This document shows, in pieces, positions 57,883-64,000 of a stretch of DNA of 64,000 nt. The stretch is from Octopus vulgaris. Its lineage: Eukaryota. The DNA lies in NCBI GenBank assembly GCA_951406725.2, contig OX597842.1, forward strand, positions 28,086,001 to 28,150,000, in the 5' to 3' direction. The position numbers and the translations under genes were made by a program. Position 1 is the first letter of the stretch, and every line of letters begins with the position of its first letter. The notes beneath the pieces were generated by a model. That model made no database searches and had not been told where the DNA came from. It saw nothing but the letters and a program-made list of their open reading frames with translations.

Positions 57883-58106
57883 TCATCATCATCATCATCA
57901 TCATCGTTTAGCGTCCGTTTTCCATGCTAGCATGGGTTGGACGGTTCAACTGGGGTCTGTGAAGCTGGAAGGCTTCATCAGGCCCAGTCAGATCTGGCAG
58001 TGTTTCTACGGCTGGATGCCCTTCCTAACGCCAACCACTCCGTGAGTGTAGTGGGTGCTTTTTACGTGCCACCCGCACAGGCCCCAGACAGAGCTGGCAA
58101 ACGGCC

Positions 58107-58107
<1 letters not shown>
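57883..58107 (-). mobile_element. RTE 3' end fragment
   Basis: (CAT)n tail and conserved terminus gcgtccgttttccatgctagcatgggttggacgg. Confidence 0.85.
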
Positions 58108-58144
<37 letters not shown>

Positions 58145-58156
58145 CTACATATATAC

Positions 58157-58214
<58 letters not shown>

Positions 58215-58369
58215 GGCCATATATATATACATATATATATATACACACACATATGCTTTATTGCACCCACCCTCTGCCTGTCTGTCTGCCTCTCCCTCCC
58301 TCCCCACCCTCTCACTCTTAGTCTCTACCTCTCCCTTTCATAGTTAAGTCACGTTGCCGCTTTACTTAG

Positions 58370-58434
58370 GAAGTTAAATATTTAGAGGAGGAACAGATTA
58401 GATTTCTATTCAGTAATGAATATGGTTCAATTTC
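58370..58434 (+). other. Candidate 65-nt exon copy (EVKYLEEEQIRFLFSNEYGSI)
   Basis: ttacttag / gtaag flanks, open frame. Confidence 0.35.
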
Positions 58435-58647
58435 GTAAGATTTGTTCAACCACGCCCTAGCTGGAGCATTTTAGATCATAAAATATATATATATATACAC
58501 ACATAAATATGCATGTATATGTATTTATTTATATATACATACACACATACATATATATATATTGTGTGTATATATATATGTGTGTATATACAATTATTTC
58601 ATATATATATTGTGTATACATTCTATATATACATATTTATATTTTGT

Positions 58648-58962
58648 GTCATCATCATCATCATCATCATCATCGTTTAACGTCCGTTTTCCGCGCTAGC
58701 ATGGGTTGGACGGTTTGACCGGGGCCTGGGAATCCAGGGGCTGCTCCAGGCTCCAGTCTGATCTGGCAGAGTTTCTACGGCTGGATGCCCTTCCTAACGC
58801 CAACCACTCCGCGAGTGGAGTGGGTGCTTCTTACGTGCCACCTGCACAGGTACCAGGGTGGGTCTGGCATCGATCACGATCGGTTCGAGCTTTTAACGTG
58901 CCAGCGGCACGGAAGCCAGCCAAGGCGGCGCTGGCATCAGTTACGTTCGGATGGTGCTTTTT
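58648..58962 (-). mobile_element. RTE 3' end fragment
   Basis: (CAT)n tail and conserved terminus. Confidence 0.85.
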
Positions 58963-59391
58963 AGGGGTGCAGGTAATATAGGGAAGCACCAGTGGGGAGG
59001 GTTGGGGTGAGGAACGATGACAGCAAGGGTTGATGCAGGTTCGTAGGAAATAGAACGTAGGACTTCACGAGTGAGGGAGGGGACTGGAAGGAGATAGCCG
59101 GTTGAGGCAGTGACAGTTTCAAAACAGGAGGAAACGTAGGATAGGTGGGGGGTTGATGAACGGCGGCGCTAGCTGCTTGTGTAGGTGGGGGGTAACACAC
59201 AGTGAAAGCATGTGAGGAGGAGGGGTAGGAGGGAGAGACACACATAATGGTGGTGAGGGAGGGCATATCCGGTGTAGATGGTGTGAACAGTGAGAACAGT
59301 GTTCACAGGTATTGGTGATGGGGGTGAGAAAGGGCGGGAGAACAGTGTTCACCGGTATTGGTGGTGGGGGTGGGAAAGGGCGGGCGCACCG

Positions 59392-60058
59392 CGAATGGTG
59401 AAGATCGAATTAAAGGATTGAAGGTACTTTAGAGAAACGGGCGGGAATGGCGATGTTTTTAGGGTGGCAAATGGTGAAGATCGAATTAAAGGATTGAAGG
59501 TACTTTAGAGAAACGGGCGGGAATGGCGATGTTTTTAGGGTGGCATAGAGAAAGAAAAAGGAAAGCAAAGCAGATTGGTGGTTATAAGTTCAAAACATTT
59601 AAACGGTAGACAAATGTATGTATGTATGTATGAAAAAGAAGGGAGAAATCTTCTTAGCTTGCTAATAGACATCGCTGTGAGTAGGAAGAAGAAATGATAG
59701 CGAATGGTGAAGATCGAATTAAAGGATTGAAGGTACTTTAGAGAAACGGGCGGGAATGGCGATATTTTTAGGGTGGCATAGAGAAAGAAAAAGGAAAGCA
59801 AAGCAGATTGGTGGTTATAAGTTCAAAACATTTAAACGGTAGACAAATGTATGTATGTATGTATGAAAAAGAAGGGAGAAATCTTCTTAGCTTGCTAATA
59901 GACATCGCTGTGAGTCGGAAGAAGAAATGATAGTGAATGGTGAAGATCGAATTAAAGGATTGAAGGTACTTTAGAGAAACGGGCGGGAATGGCGATGTTT
60001 TTAGGGTGGCATAGAGAAAGAAAAAGGAAAGCAAAGCAGATTGGTGGTTATAAGTTCA
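59392..60058 (-). repeat. Tandem ~233-bp repeats resembling the 5' end of a Penelope ORF
   Basis: Units start at ~59392 (short), 59470, 59701, 59934 (partial); minus strand has taccttcaatcc and gctaagaagatttctccc, similar to 21021-21110. Confidence 0.6.
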
Positions 60059-60126
60059 TATATTATGTATGCATATGTATTTATATATATCTATATTTAT
60101 CTATCTATCTATATATCTATCTATCT

Positions 60127-60181
<55 letters not shown>

Positions 60182-60222
60182 GATAGATAGATAGATATAT
60201 ATACATTCTATGCATGTATGTA

Positions 60223-63200
60223 TCATCATCATCATCATCATTCATTTAGCGTCCGTTTTCCATGCTAGCATGGGTTGGACGGTTCAACTGGGGTCTGGGG
60301 AGCCCGAAGGCTGCACCAGGCCAGTCAGATCTGGCAGTGTTTCTACAGCTGGATGCCCTTCCTAACGCCAACCACTCCGAGAGTGTAGTGGGTGATTTTA
60401 TGTGCCACCGACACAGGTGCCAGACAAGGCTGGCGAACGGCCACGCTCGGATGGTGTTTTTTATGTGCCACCGACACAGGTGCCAGACGAGGCTGGCAGA
60501 CGGCCACGCTTGGATGGTGTTTTTATGTGCCACAGACACAGGTGCCAGATGAGGCTGGCGAACGGCCACGATCGGATGGTGTTTGTTACGTGACCGCAGC
60601 ACGAAGGCCAGTCGATGTGGTACTGGCTACGGCCACGTTCGGATGGTTTTCTTGTGTGCCACCGGCACTGGTACCACAAAGATACAAATTCCATTGATGT
60701 TCATCTATTTTGATTTGTTTTGATTGATTTTCACTTGCCTCAACAGGTCTTCACAAGTGTCACAAGAAGGAAGGTATGCACAGGTGGACTGACTACATCC
60801 CAGGTAAGGGCCACGGGTTATGGCCTGACTAGTCTTGCCGGGTCTTCGGATGGTGTTTTTATGTGCCACCGACACAGGTGCCAGATGAGGCTGGCGAAAC
60901 GGCCACGATCGGATGGTGTTTGTTACTTGCACCACAGCACGGAGGCCAGTCGATGCGGTACTGGCTACGGCCACGTTCGGATGGTTTTCTTGAGTGCCAC
61001 AAAGATACAAATTCCATTGATGTTCATCTATTTTGATTTGTTTTGATTTTCACTTGCCTCAAAAGGTCTTCACAAGTGTCACAAGAAGGAAGGAAGGTAT
61101 GCACAGGTGGACTGACTATGTCCCAGGTAGGGGCCACGGGTTATGGCCTGACTAGTCTTGCCGGGTCTTCGGATGGTGTTTTTATGTGCCACCGACACAG
61201 GTGCCAGATGAGGCTGGCAAACGGCCACGATCGGATGGTGTTTGTTACTTGCCCATAGCACGGAGGCCAGTCGATGCGGTACTGGCTACCGCCACATTTG
61301 GATGGTTTTCTTGTGTGCCACCGGCACCACAAAGATACAAATTCCATTGATGTTCATCTATTTTGATTTGTTTTGATTTGATTTTCACTTGCCTCAACAG
61401 GTCTTCACAAGTGTCACAAGGAGGAAGGAAGGAAGGTATGCACAGGTGGACTGACTACGTCCCAGGTAGGGGCCACGGGTTATGGCCTGACTAGTCTTGC
61501 CGGGTCTTCGGATGGTGTTTTTATGTGTCACCGACACAGGTGCCAGATGAGGCTAGGCTTGCCGGGTCTTCAGATGGTGTTTTTATGTGCCACCGACACA
61601 GGTGCCAGATGAGGCTGGCGAACGGCCACGATCGGATGGTGTTTGTTATGTGCCCACAGCACGGAGGCCAGTCGATGCGGTACTGGCTACGGCCACGTTC
61701 GGATGGTTTTCCTGAGTGCCACCGTACTGGTATCACAAAGATACAAATTCCATTGATGTTCATCTATTTTGATTTGTTTTGATTTTCACTTGCCTCAAAA
61801 GGTCTTCACAAGTGTCACAAGAAGGAAGGTATGCACAGGTGGACTGACTACGTCCCAGGTAGGGGCCACAGGTTATGGCCTGACTAGTCTTGCCGGGTCT
61901 TCGGATGGTGTTTTTATGTGCCAACGACACAGGTGCCAGATGAGGCTGGCGAACGGCCACGATCGGATGGTGTTTGTTATATGCCCACAGCAGGGAGGCC
62001 AGTCGATGCGGTAGTGGCTACCGCCACGTTCGGATGGTTTTCTTGTGTGCCACCGGCACTGGTACCACAAAGATACAAGTTCCATTGATGTTCATCTATT
62101 TTGATTTGTTTTGATTTGATTTGATTTTCACTTGCCTCAACAGGTCTTCACAAGTGTCACAAGAAGGAAGGTATGCACAGGTGGACTGACTACGTCCCAG
62201 GTAGGGGCCACGGGTTATGGCCTGACTAGTCTTGCCGGGTCTTCTCACGCACAGCATACTTCCATAGGTCTCGGTCTCTAGTCATTTCCTTAGTGAGACC
62301 TAAAGTTCGAAGGTCGTGCTTCACAACCTCGTCCCAGGTTTTCCTGGGTCTACCTCTTCCACAGGTTCCCTCAACTGCTAGGGTGTAGCACTTTTGCACA
62401 CAACTATCTTCAGCCATTCTCGTCACATGACCATACCAGCGAAGCCGTCTCTCTTGCACACCACAACTGACGCTTCTTAGGTTCAACTTTTCTCTCAAGG
62501 TACTTACACTCTGACGATTATGAACACTGACATTACACATCCATCGGAGCATACTGGCTTCATTTCTTGCGAGCTTACGCATATCCTCAGCAGTCACGGC
62601 CCATGTTTCACTACCATGTAGCATGGCTGTACGTACACATGCATCATACAGTCTGCCTTTTACTCTGAGTGAGAGGCCTTTTGTCACCAGCAGGGGTAAG
62701 AGCTCTCTAAACTTTGCCCAGGCTATTCTTACTCTAGCAGTTACACTTTCAGCACACCCACCCCCACTACTGACTTGGTCACCTAGGTAGCGGAAGCTAT
62801 CAACTACTTCTAGTTTGTCTCCCTGGAACGTGGTAGAAGTTGGTCTCTGCACATTTCCAGTGTTTATTGCTCCTGAGCATCTGCCACAGACAAAAACTAT
62901 TTTCCTAGTTAGCCTTCCTTTGACATTGCTGCACCTCTTATGTGTTCATAGCTTACACTTGGTGCACCTTATAGAGTTTCTACCTACACCTTTTTTACAG
63001 ATCGAGCAGGGCCATCTACCTGAAGTCGTTTGTGATTGGTCTACCTTCCTACTTATTAGGACTTTGGTTTTGGCTAGGTTGATTCTAAGGCCCTTCGATT
63101 CTAATCCTTGTTTCCACACCTGAAACTTCTCCTCCAGTTCTGATAGTGACTCAGCAATTAGAGCAAGGTCATCAGCATAGAGGAGCTCCCAGGGGCATCC

Positions 63201-64000
63201 TGTCTTGAATTCCTCCGTTATTGCTTGGAGGACTATGATAAATAGGAGGGGACTGAGGACTGAACCTTGGTGGACCTCAACCTCTACCCTGAATTCTTCA
63301 CTGTACTCGTTGCCAACCCTTACCTTACTAGCAGCGTCTCTGTACATGGCTTGCACAGCTCTCACTAACCATTCATCTATCCCTAGTTTCCTCATTAACC
63401 ACCAGATAAGGGATCGGGGGACCCTGTCAAAGGCTTTCTCCAAGTCAACAAAAGCCAGGTACAAGGGCTTATCTTTGGCTAGGTATTTCTCCTGCAGCTG
63501 TCTTACCAGGAATATAGCATCAGTAGTACTTTTCCCTGGCACGAACCCAAACTGCATCTGATCTAGGCTAACTCTCTCTCTAATTAATTGGGCTATAACC
63601 CTCTCCGTAACCTTCATTACCTGATCCAGCAGCTTGATGCCCCTGTAGTTATTTGTATCTAGGGCGTCGTCTTTACCTTTGTAGCAGTTGACTATTATGC
63701 TGCTACACCAGTCATTGGGTATGACTCCTTCGTGTATCACCTGGTTAACTATACGGGTGACTAAGCTATAGCCGACACTACCAGATATTTTGAGCATCTC
63801 TGCAGTAATTCCTGATGGGCCTGTGGCTTTCCCTGTTTTCATGCTTCTAATTGCCTTATCTACTAAGGAACTGTTAACTTGGATTACTGGCCCCTCTGTT
63901 GGGTCGACATTCGGCAGACTCTCTTTATCCCATTCATTTTCCTCGTTCAGCAACCTTTCATAGTGGCGTCTCCAAGCATCTCTCTTTGCATCCTCATTTA
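60223..64000 (-). mobile_element. RTE-clade LINE (runs off window end) with tandemly amplified 3' UTR
   Basis: ORFs 62946..63953 (RT, LLYADD) and 62226..62852 are in frame across one stop; same family as 4862-8417; (CAT)n tail at 60223-60245. Confidence 0.93.

Overview
Eukaryotic, AT-rich, microsatellite-laden DNA with no intact host gene. The SINE and repeat style suggest a cephalopod such as Octopus (inference). Most short ORFs in the track are translated (TA)n/(CA)n/(TATC)n tracts. Content: two decayed Penelope-like elements (RT + GIY-YIG, ~20.7-27.15 kb and ~38.15-44.7 kb), two RTE-clade LINEs (4.9-8.4 kb +; 60.2-64 kb -) with a PHD-type finger after the RT, CR1/L2-type LINEs and fragments, and a SINE. 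These sit in nested tandem duplications: a ~1.7-kb subunit (about 10 copies) inside three macro-copies starting at 1, ~27046 and ~44610. Main observations: (1) nine type I hammerhead ribozyme motifs from three families plus two degenerate ones, including a back-to-back pair in a 333-bp palindrome and same-strand pairs ~0.95 kb apart; (2) a long-range, G.U-rich, A-depleted inverted repeat in the Penelope 3' region that resembles A-to-I hyperediting fixed by reverse transcription; (3) ten copies of a 65-nt AG...GTAAG-flanked, stop-free candidate exon. All was read by eye; element boundaries are approximate and no search or folding program was run.
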